A stretch of DNA of 26,898 nt, from IMG/VR virus record IMGVR_UViG_3300016469_000176, positions 1 to 26,898 of that record. One strand, written 5' to 3'. Below, piece after piece: positions 7,629-14,301 of this stretch. Made by a program: the position numbers and the translations under genes. The stretch comes from a virus. Lineage: Duplodnaviria > Caudoviricetes. A model generated the notes under the pieces. That model was not told the origin of the DNA, did not search any database, and saw nothing but the letters and a program-made list of their open reading frames with translations. Positions within the stretch are counted from its first letter, which is position 1. Each line of letters begins with the position of its first letter.

Positions 7629-7792
7629 TTCACGGACTCCTCAAGTTTTGTCCAAAGATCAGAGTCAACAAGCTTCATCTTGCAGCCCCATTTCTCGCAA
7701 AGTATTTCCGCTGTGGATTTACCCTCAACGATTGCAACAAGCTTATCCCCGTAAAAGTAGGGTCTAAAGATCGCATAGGCTTTCATTCTCAT
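7625..7792 (-). CDS. Hypothetical protein
   Basis: AAAGGGG RBS; MRMKAYAIFRPYFYG...; stop overlaps the next start. Confidence 0.65.
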   Translation of the reverse strand: MRMKAYAIFRPYFYGDKLVAIVEGKSTAEILCEKWGCKMKLVDSDLWTKLEESVK

Positions 7793-7850
7793 TCCCCTTT
7801 CCAGTTGTGGCGCTAAAGCTTCAGACCCTAGCGCCACAATTATAAAGCTG

Positions 7851-8213
7851 TCAGCTTTCCGATTTAGCTTTGCGTCCCCTAGGTGCAGGGATAGGCCTCG
7901 GGGTTACGCTCACAGAGTCGCCGTAACGGAAAGCCTTGTCGCCATTACGTTCAGCATATGCGATTGCGGCTTCTCTCGCAGCGTCAAAGGATTCAGCTCT
8001 GCCCGACCATCTTGCAAGAGTCGAGTCATCCATCACAACGAAGAAAGCGAACTCCGGCAGATTGGACTCCCTCGCTTTCTTTTCCTTTTCTGCTGAGCGT
8101 GCCTTTGCCAACAGCTGAGCTAGGTCAGCAACAGAGAGATTCTTAACGTCGAGTCCTGCAATGTCAGTTGCAGCAGTGTTAGACTTTGTATCTTGGGTCG
8201 ACATTTCATTCAT
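7851..8213 (-). CDS. Hypothetical protein with H-NS-like N-terminal coiled coil and basic tail
   Basis: LDVKNLSVADLAQLLAKARSAEKEKKARE; C-terminal PRGRKAK; own upstream promoter; downstream hairpin TGGCGCTA/TAGCGCCA at ~7808-7835. Confidence 0.75.
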   Translation of the reverse strand: MNEMSTQDTKSNTAATDIAGLDVKNLSVADLAQLLAKARSAEKEKKARESNLPEFAFFVVMDDSTLARWSGRAESFDAAREAAIAYAERNGDKAFRYGDSVSVTPRPIPAPRGRKAKSES

Positions 8214-8243
8214 CCTTCCAGGGTTGCGTTGATTCGCTTGAAT

Positions 8244-8273
8244 ATCTTACACGATATTCTGTCAGACTGCCAA
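8244..8273 (-). promoter_or_regulatory. Putative sigma70-type promoter
   Basis: TTGGCA-18 bp-TAAGAT preceded by TG, with CGAATCA at the predicted TSS. Confidence 0.5.
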
Positions 8274-8477
8274 CAGGGAAAACTTAGTCCAGACTTTTTG
8301 CCCTTTGTTGCGTAGTGTCGGATCATACCCCTCCGCCATATTGACGATTACAACAGGGAATCCAGCCTTTTCCATTTCGGCTTGATAGACTTCCGCTTGG
8401 TCGAGAGTCATCATAGGGCCGAGGGTTTTACGCTGACCATAAGCGCCAATAAGAGCAAGTTTGTAAGTTTTGATCAT
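8262..8477 (-). CDS. Hypothetical protein
   Basis: GAAGGAAAG RBS; ATGA overlap with 8474-8770; MIKTYKLALIG start. Confidence 0.7.
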   Translation of the reverse strand: MIKTYKLALIGAYGQRKTLGPMMTLDQAEVYQAEMEKAGFPVVIVNMAEGYDPTLRNKGQKVWTKFSLLAV

Positions 8478-8770
8478 TTTGTCTTTCCTTCTGCTGTGTG
8501 AGGCACAAGCCAGAGATCCCCGTCTTGCCATAGGTAACAATCGCCGAGAGTCGGATGATGCAAAACCGCGTTGTTTGTCACGCGGTCCCATGTGTCCCAG
8601 TACCATTCCGCATCCGGGCCAGATTCAAGCGTTTCCCAGTCTTTCGCCGATACACCCGAAACAAGCTCGCGCTTAACGGACTCGGCGAAGTGCTGTGGAA
8701 TGTAAACGCCGCGAGAGTCGTTAGAGAAAAGCTCGGCTCGGCTCAGGTCCGTTTCATTATCTGAAAACAT
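8474..8770 (-). CDS. Phage hypothetical protein
   Basis: 98 aa; RGVYIPQHF, GPDAEWYWDTWD and LWQDGDLW motifs; AGGG upstream. Confidence 0.8.
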   Translation of the reverse strand: MFSDNETDLSRAELFSNDSRGVYIPQHFAESVKRELVSGVSAKDWETLESGPDAEWYWDTWDRVTNNAVLHHPTLGDCYLWQDGDLWLVPHTAEGKTK

Positions 8771-8816
8771 GGTCAGAATCCCTATTTGATGATACGGTCA
8801 TGGCGTGCTGAGAGGC

Positions 8817-9215
8817 CTAGCATGCCTGCCAGACAGTGAAGCCTGCTTCTTCAAGGCACTGTGTCCAGTCTCTGGAGTCAAAGCGTGAGAGAGCAATTGC
8901 TAGCATGCCTTTGCGGGCATCGCAGAACGCGGTATAGGCGGTTTGGGTATCTGCCGACATGCTGGCAATGCGTTCGCTTGCGTAAAGATTGGCCAACGCT
9001 TCCGATACAGCCACAGAACGCTTGTCGTAACAATCTCCACCGGCGAAACCGCGTACCATGGGAACGCCTATCCAATGGACGTAGGCGTAAAGCCTGCCTG
9101 CCCCATTGGCTGGAAATTTCAACGCGACCGTTGCGACCTTTTCCCCGTTGCGGGCAATCACAAAGGCCGAAACGCGGGCAAAGGCCTTGTCGTGGAGATC
9201 ATAGATACTCGGCAT
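8817..9215 (-). CDS. Hypothetical early protein (G.AGG..Y...S.A family)
   Basis: GAGGGAAACAGACA leader; RGFAGGDCYDKRSVAV motif shared with 9503-9901. Confidence 0.8.
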   Translation of the reverse strand: MPSIYDLHDKAFARVSAFVIARNGEKVATVALKFPANGAGRLYAYVHWIGVPMVRGFAGGDCYDKRSVAVSEALANLYASERIASMSADTQTAYTAFCDARKGMLAIALSRFDSRDWTQCLEEAGFTVWQAC

Positions 9216-9251
9216 TGTCTGTTTCCCTCTGCTGTGTTGAGGTTGTGGATG

Positions 9252-9440
9252 TTAGGTGCCGTAGCAGAGTCGCGACATGATGCGGTCAAACGCGATCTCG
9301 CTCATTGCGGACAGTTGCGAGACGCTCGGAACGTCATCCGCGTTGATATGGTGCGGATGGTATGGCGCGTTGCGGTCTCGAATGTAGAAACCGCCGAAAC
9401 CGTCCGACTTGATACTGAATCGCTTGCTGCATATGTCCAT
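9252..9440 (-). CDS. Hypothetical protein
   Basis: AAAGGAAACTGACA leader then ATG; 62 aa. Confidence 0.72.
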   Translation of the reverse strand: MDICSKRFSIKSDGFGGFYIRDRNAPYHPHHINADDVPSVSQLSAMSEIAFDRIMSRLCYGT

Positions 9441-9502
9441 TTGTCAGTTTCCTTTCAGTTAAGGCTTCGCCTGGTACTCGGCGATGGCGAGAAAGAGCGA
9501 GG

Positions 9503-9901
9503 CTAGGAATGTGCCCGCAGCAACATCGACCGCGCGATTCCCATGTGATCCCCTAGCGCCCGCATGGCGTCCTCAATCGCAGTATCGCCCAGGCCGTCTA
9601 TCGGTTCGGCAAGCGTGATCCCGGCCTTCCTAAAAGCGGTTTGCGCAGCCGCGCTTGGCCGGTGGTAGCCGTACCCGCCCGCGTACCCCGAACCACTCGC
9701 GTAGAACGGTTCGCGGAATACCCACAGGCAAGCGTAATTCCTTGCGCCGCTTTTGCTGTAGTAAAGGCGCATGACCGCGACTTCCTGGCCTGCGTCTAGG
9801 TCGATCAGGGAGACGCTGTAAAAGGCGTTCCCCTCTTTCCGGTGTGTGCTGTTGATACCGCGCTGCGGTTCAAACTTGGCGATAGCTTGCTTGCGTTCCA
9901 C
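9503..9901 (-). CDS. Hypothetical early protein (G.AGG..Y...S.A family)
   Basis: AAAGGAAACAGACA leader with GTG start; SGYAGGYGYHRPSAAA motif. Confidence 0.8.
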   Translation of the reverse strand: MERKQAIAKFEPQRGINSTHRKEGNAFYSVSLIDLDAGQEVAVMRLYYSKSGARNYACLWVFREPFYASGSGYAGGYGYHRPSAAAQTAFRKAGITLAEPIDGLGDTAIEDAMRALGDHMGIARSMLLRAHS

Positions 9902-9937
9902 TGTCTGTTTCCTTTTACTGCGTTGAGGTTGAGCGTG

Positions 9938-10099
9938 CTAGGTGCGATTCGCCTGGTACTCGATAGCGTGGCCGGATTCGGTTTTTAAGACCCAAGCAAA
10001 GGCGATCTTGCGCGGGCCTATGATCTTTGCCCATCGGTTATCTTCAACATGGTTGAACCCCTCGGCGCGTAAATGCTTGGAGCATTCGTCGAATGTCAT
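9938..10099 (-). CDS. Hypothetical protein
   Basis: MTFDECSKHL start with ATGA overlap to the 10096-10191 stop. Confidence 0.6.
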   Translation of the reverse strand: MTFDECSKHLRAEGFNHVEDNRWAKIIGPRKIAFAWVLKTESGHAIEYQANRT

Positions 10100-10191
10100 T
10101 CTTTCAGATAATTTGCTAGAGTGACATTCCAACGCGCTTCAATGGCGCGGATCAGGTCGGCAAGGCACGGGGGCGGAGTGCGGCGTTTCAT
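10096..10191 (-). CDS. 31-aa peptide
   Basis: MKRRTPPPCLADLIRAIEARWNVTLANYLKE; ATGA overlaps at both ends; GAGG upstream. Not in the ORF track. Confidence 0.55.
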   Translation of the reverse strand: MKRRTPPPCLADLIRAIEARWNVTLANYLKE

Positions 10192-10388
10192 GGCTTCACC
10201 TCTTCGATGAGGTAAGTGACCGTCGATGTGTCCACACCTGCCGCCTGCATTCCGGCCTTGGCATCTAAAACAGCGCCAGAGGCGAAGGCAAAGTTAGGGT
10301 AGACGTAGGGCACGGCATGTTTCACATTGGGCATGAGGTAGAAGCCGTGCGGGAATGCATCGGTGAACATCAAGACTTTGAAAGCCAT
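10188..10388 (-). CDS. Hypothetical protein
   Basis: AAGGAG RBS before MAFKVLMF. Confidence 0.7.
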   Translation of the reverse strand: MAFKVLMFTDAFPHGFYLMPNVKHAVPYVYPNFAFASGAVLDAKAGMQAAGVDTSTVTYLIEEVKP

Positions 10389-10428
10389 CTTGTTTCTCCT
10401 TGGCTGGCGTTTCATCACACGTTCCCCT

Positions 10429-11364
10429 TTATGCCTTCACCAGCTTTCCCGCTTCCGCGCGATACCATGTGTCAGGCTCCAATCCGTCTTGCCCAATGCA
10501 GCCCGTGCCGAAACCGTCGCATTTTCCGTTATTGTCAAAGCTGGCAAGGCTGATCCACGTCCCTACCTTGCCGCGAACGCGTGAGCCTCGACCGGACCCC
10601 GCCACAACGGCATCCAAGCCGGAACAGTCGACCTTGGCGTAGTCTCCGCTGGTCCCGATCCGGGGGTTGTCTCCGCTGGACCCTATCCTGGCGCAGTCTC
10701 CGCTGTACCCTATCTGAGCGTTGGAGCCACTAGAACCAATCTGAACGCCGTCGCCACTGGACCCTATCCTGGCGCAGTCTCCGCTGGACCCGATCTTGGC
10801 GAAATCGCCACCGGACACGATCCTGGCGTAGTCTCCGCTGGTCACGATATAGGAGTTGTGTCCGCTGGTCACGATCCGGGGGCTGTCTCCGCTGGACCCG
10901 ATCTTGGCGTTGTAGCCACTAGAACTAATCTGAACGCGGTTGCCATCGGACACGATCTTGGAGAAGTCGCCACCGGACACGATCCGGTCGTAGTCTCCTC
11001 TGGACCCGATCTGTGCGTTTTGACATGCCGAAGACTTGCCCTCCGTGGCGTCAATAATCGCAGCAACAGCAAGCCTTACAAAATCCGACAACCGCAACTC
11101 TGCCTTAATCGTAATCTGTGCCGCAGCTAGTTTATCACCTTCGCGGGATATGTCGCCAGCTACCTCAACCTCGGCATACCTCGTCAAGGTTCCGTCATCC
11201 TGAATAATCGGGTAATAGTCCCACACGTCCATTGGGCTTTCGCACGCGTGAAATCCGCCTTTGCAGGCTTCAACCGGGCCGTCATGCGTGTAAGTCTTGC
11301 CGACCTCAAACTGAAAGCCCCGGCATTGCAGATTGGCGTCAAAAGCTTTATATGCAGTCGTCAT
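10429..11364 (-). CDS. Phage protein with YKAFD..CRGFQ..GFHAC N-terminal domain (DUF7666-like) and 9-residue solenoid repeats
   Basis: N-terminal YKAFDANLQCRGFQFEVGKTY...GFHACESPMDVWDYYP; about 14 xSGDxAxIx units; first gene after the leftward promoter. Confidence 0.85.
   Translation of the reverse strand: MTTAYKAFDANLQCRGFQFEVGKTYTHDGPVEACKGGFHACESPMDVWDYYPIIQDDGTLTRYAEVEVAGDISREGDKLAAAQITIKAELRLSDFVRLAVAAIIDATEGKSSACQNAQIGSRGDYDRIVSGGDFSKIVSDGNRVQISSSGYNAKIGSSGDSPRIVTSGHNSYIVTSGDYARIVSGGDFAKIGSSGDCARIGSSGDGVQIGSSGSNAQIGYSGDCARIGSSGDNPRIGTSGDYAKVDCSGLDAVVAGSGRGSRVRGKVGTWISLASFDNNGKCDGFGTGCIGQDGLEPDTWYRAEAGKLVKA
10630..11012 (-). repeat. In-frame 27-bp degenerate tandem repeat
   Basis: Recurrent AGTCTCCGCTGGACCCGATC-like units on the + strand with 27-bp period. 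Confidence 0.85.
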
Positions 11365-11413
11365 TTCGTTTCTCTTTCGGATTGAAGGTTACTGATTCGT
11401 GTTTGGTTTGTAT

Positions 11414-11442
11414 ATCGTGCCAACAGTCGGACCGAAAGTCAA
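11414..11442 (-). promoter_or_regulatory. Leftward early promoter
   Basis: TTGACT-17 bp-CACGAT preceded by TGG; CGAATCA just downstream. Confidence 0.55.
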
Positions 11443-11620
11443 GCGATCATGCATCTTTCCAGCTTACCCGAGTCGTTAATCACGAATTGTTACAAGGGGT
11501 AGCATTTCCCGGCGGGCTTTCTTATATTGATTCACATGAACCCGGCGTGACCGGGCAGGGGTCGCCACTCGACTCGCAAAAAACATGAAGGCTGGGCAAG
11601 TGCGAATCAGTCCGTTTCGG

Positions 11621-11649
11621 ACCTAATTTGCTGATTCCATGTTTGTCAA
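11621..11649 (-). promoter_or_regulatory. Second leftward promoter
   Basis: TTGACA-17 bp-TTAGGT with GAATC in the spacer. Confidence 0.5.
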
Positions 11650-11768
11650 GTAAACAATTCATGACTGAAGCTCTATCAAGCACTCAAGCTCTATAGCTTT
11701 GAAGGCTCGAAGGCGTTTATTTTAGTAAAATTAAATGTTTACGACAGCATTTTAAACCAAATTATCAG

Positions 11769-11897
11769 ACCCCACGGTGGAAATTGTTCACCCCTACAGG
11801 GGAAATGAGCAGGGGACACCTTACCCGACCGAGGGAAATGAGCAGGCGTATGGCCAACCCAACAGGGGAAAAGCTCACCCTGCCGTGGGAAAAGCTC
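11769..11897 (+). repeat. Five irregularly spaced ACCC...GGAAA(T/A) direct repeats
   Basis: Copies start at 11769, 11790, 11823, 11857, 11877; copies 2/3 share GGGAAATGAGCAGG and copies 4/5 share GGGAAAAGCTC. Confidence 0.8.
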
Positions 11898-11977
11898 TTG
11901 TGTTGTCGATTGTGCTTGACGAATCAGTTTGACTTGTGGTCTAAGGTGTGTAATGAAACACGAAAGGTATTACGCAG

Positions 11978-12241
11978 ATGAAGGTTGTAAAAGAAATTGG
12001 GTGTCTAGTTCCTATCAGTCTGATTGGAAAAAGGGTAAAAGTTACAGGTTCGGAGTTTGATGCCTATAGAGTTGGAGATATCTACAGCGTCGTTGAGGGC
12101 ATAGGATGTGACGGCAAAGTTTATCCGAAACTACTAAAAAAAGACCAAAATGGGATTTGGTCCGACTTGGTTTGGCCCGGTTTCAATGCAGAATTTGTTC
12201 TGGTTGAATATGTAGAAGAACAACTGGAACTTTTTGTGTAA
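11978..12241 (+). CDS. Hypothetical protein
   Basis: GAAAGG RBS; first rightward gene; 87 aa. Confidence 0.75.
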   Translation: MKVVKEIGCLVPISLIGKRVKVTGSEFDAYRVGDIYSVVEGIGCDGKVYPKLLKKDQNGIWSDLVWPGFNAEFVLVEYVEEQLELFV

Positions 12242-12247
12242 TAGAAC

Positions 12248-12562
12248 TTGTCAGAAAAAAGTCAAACTAAAAGGGGTCCCATGGACAGTTCAAAAGCCGT
12301 TTTGGCAGCTTGGAAAATCTGGAAACAAAGCTGGCACTTTCATTGTTACAGTACATCATTAACACCATTCCATTCTCAAAATTTTGGGCAATATTTTATC
12401 AACTTCTGGCTGAAAAAGGGATACAATAACCCGGAAATTTTCTATGAAACTAATAACGAAAGGGCTTATACAAAGCTTATGTTGCTTGCTGCATCAGAAG
12501 AGCTTGACAAATGGTTGCTCGACGAGTATACTGACAAAACGAATCAAACAAGAGGTGCATAA
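12248..12562 (+). CDS. Hypothetical protein
   Basis: Probable start ATG 12281 after AAGGGG; the 3' end overlaps a promoter. Confidence 0.65.
   Translation: MSEKSQTKRGPMDSSKAVLAAWKIWKQSWHFHCYSTSLTPFHSQNFGQYFINFWLKKGYNNPEIFYETNNERAYTKLMLLAASEELDKWLLDEYTDKTNQTRGA
12504..12532 (+). promoter_or_regulatory. Near-consensus sigma70 promoter
   Basis: TTGACA-17 bp-TATACT followed by CGAATCA at 12540. Confidence 0.8.
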
Positions 12563-12569
12563 GCTTAAT

Positions 12570-12745
12570 TAGTACAAATAAAGGATTATCCGAATGGCAT
12601 ATAATTACGATAAAAGGAATCCTGACGATGACATTGCCTTTTGACAATTACAGTTGTCGGCAGACAAATCCTGCGGATTTAGTCACTATAAATTTTCGTC
12701 AGTTCCGTGAGGGGCCTAGTGTCTACCGTCAGGGGGGTCCCATGT
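12570..12745 (+). ncRNA. Candidate structured non-coding RNA
   Basis: Nested complementary segments CTGACGA/TCGTCAG, TGAC/GTCA, TGCC..GACAA/TTGTC.GGCA and AAATCC/GGATTT downstream of a strong promoter. Confidence 0.4.
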
Positions 12746-12810
12746 CGATTTCACTTGACGAATCACTGTTAGACATGCTAGAAGACTGCATCAACTCAGG
12801 AGAGCAACCC

Positions 12811-13053
12811 ATGTTCAACCCTCTGACTGTCGGTCGCAACAAGTTTACTGTTGAAGTGATCAAGCAAGACGGTTCTATCGGTAAGATTACTGGCACCCTG
12901 TTTGAACCTGGAATTAAGAAATCCGACAATGAAGTTCTAGCCTACACTCTTTCTCTGTTGGATCAAGACCTTGTGAAAGTGTTCACTGATAAAGGTTGGC
13001 GCTCGTTTTATCAGAGCAAAGTTGTGTCGTTTAAATTTGGTGGAGATAACTGA
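12811..13053 (+). CDS. WYL_2 / Sm-like SH3 beta-barrel protein
   Basis: FTVEVIKQDGS.....GT...VFTDKGWRSF motif; AGGAG RBS before ATG 12811; TTGACGAATCA promoter-like element at 12755. Confidence 0.7.
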   Translation: MFNPLTVGRNKFTVEVIKQDGSIGKITGTLFEPGIKKSDNEVLAYTLSLLDQDLVKVFTDKGWRSFYQSKVVSFKFGGDN

Positions 13054-13202
13054 TGACTGATATTGAGAAAGCTTATGAGTTGGCACGGATGCGCAGCGAG
13101 ATCGAGCGCCTGAAAGAGGCGGATGGGTTGGAGGGGCCGTCGAACTTCGCCGACTGGCTGCGCGCCGCACTTGCTAAGAAACGGGAGGAATGTGAAAAAT
13201 GA
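13053..13202 (+). CDS. Modular coiled-coil protein A (49 aa)
   Basis: GGAG RBS and TGATG coupling; MTDIEKAYELARMRSEIERLKEADGLEGPSNFADWLRAALAKKREECEK. Not in the ORF track. Confidence 0.75.
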   Translation: MTDIEKAYELARMRSEIERLKEADGLEGPSNFADWLRAALAKKREECEK

Positions 13203-13660
13203 GTGTGAGTAAGTATCTAAGAAGCGAGGATAACCCTATTTGGGTCAACGATGCTTTTGGTCGCAGAGCCTCCGTCAACGTATCCCTCAAAGACTTTGTT
13301 GACGGTGCAAATTACACTTTTCAGTGGCGTAACGCTCACAGAGTCGCCTTGTGTGACCCTCTTTGTCACGAACCTAGTGACCGGCTCTGGTATGTTCGCG
13401 AGGAACTTTATAATGCCCAAGCCACCGAGTTGGCACGGCTGCGCAGCGAGATCGACCGCCTTCGGGCGGTGGTGGAAGCGGCGGATAAGCTGGCGGAGGT
13501 GGTGCTCGATGCCTTGGACGCGTGGGAAACGCACAACAAATACGGCGACCTGATGCAAGACCTTTCGGATCAAGAGATCGCGGCCCGCCTCGTCACCTAT
13601 CAACAGAAAAAGGAGGAATGTGATGAGAATAAAGCTTTCTACATGCAATGTGATCAGTGA
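13199..13660 (+). CDS. Modular coiled-coil protein B
   Basis: GGAGG RBS, ATGA overlap; WYVREELY, ELARLRSEI, KYGDL and TYQQK modules. Confidence 0.8.
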   Translation: MSVSKYLRSEDNPIWVNDAFGRRASVNVSLKDFVDGANYTFQWRNAHRVALCDPLCHEPSDRLWYVREELYNAQATELARLRSEIDRLRAVVEAADKLAEVVLDALDAWETHNKYGDLMQDLSDQEIAARLVTYQQKKEECDENKAFYMQCDQ

Positions 13661-13979
13661 GGATAATGTGATGGATGAAGATGACGATAAATATGCTTTT
13701 CCAGATCGAATGATGCTTTTCCGCAGGGACCGGAAAATGACGATGGGCGATTATTTCGTTCACGATCCTAGTGACTGGCACTGGTATGTCCGTGAGGAAC
13801 TTTACAAGGCACAAGTAGCAGAGGTGGCGCGGCTGAGGACGGCGTTGAAATTGATCGTGGATAGCGACGACGCGGCGAGCGAACTATTTACCAACGACAG
13901 AGACCGTGCTGACAATTTTGCCGACCACGCCCGCGCCGCTCTCGCCACCTATCAGCAGAAACGGGAGGGCGGGGAATGA
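13620..13979 (+). CDS. Modular coiled-coil protein C
   Basis: AGGAGG before 13620/13623 (alternative start near 13671); WYVREELY, EVARLR, NFAD..RAALA and TYQQK modules. Confidence 0.8.
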   Translation: MMRIKLSTCNVISEDNVMDEDDDKYAFPDRMMLFRRDRKMTMGDYFVHDPSDWHWYVREELYKAQVAEVARLRTALKLIVDSDDAASELFTNDRDRADNFADHARAALATYQQKREGGE

Positions 13980-14266
13980 ACGCGCCGGAACGGATTTGGC
14001 TTCTTTGGCCGAATAGCATGATCGACAATCGCTATCACGCCTCTGCGACCGACCACACCGAAGAAGGCGGATACCCCGAATACATTCGCGCCGACCTTTA
14101 CGAAGCCCAGGAGGCCGAGATTGCGGAACTGCGGCGGCAGCTTGCCGAGGCGCGGGATAAGGCGCTGGAGGAAGCGGCGACACGCCTCTTGCTGACAGTG
14201 GACAAGAAATACGGCGATCTCCGCGACTACATTCGCGCCATCCGCGCCCTGAAAGGAGCCGCTTGA
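13976..14266 (+). CDS. Modular coiled-coil protein D (APERIW...EYIRADL type)
   Basis: GGAGG RBS, ATGA overlap; APERIW, EYIRADLY, ALEEAA, KYGDL, AIRALK. Confidence 0.82.
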   Translation: MNAPERIWLLWPNSMIDNRYHASATDHTEEGGYPEYIRADLYEAQEAEIAELRRQLAEARDKALEEAATRLLLTVDKKYGDLRDYIRAIRALKGAA

Positions 14267-14301
14267 ACAAGCTATCGAGGAAGTGAATTGGAGTTTGAAA
14301 C

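Noticed and set aside
10630-11012. CRISPR array or DGR template repeat
   Set aside because: It is an in-frame coding tandem repeat; there is no reverse transcriptase and differences are not adenine-specific.
11769-11897. CRISPR array
   Set aside because: Units are 16-17 bp and degenerate with very short irregular spacers, and no cas genes are present.
12628-12810. N-terminal extension of the WYL_2-like gene
   Set aside because: A promoter-like element and strong RBS support a start at 12811 and the upstream segment looks structured. An AAGGA precedes 12628, so the longer start is not fully excluded.
13053-14266. Diversity-generating retroelement or shufflon
   Set aside because: No reverse transcriptase or invertase in the window; repeats are direct and mismatches are not restricted to adenines.
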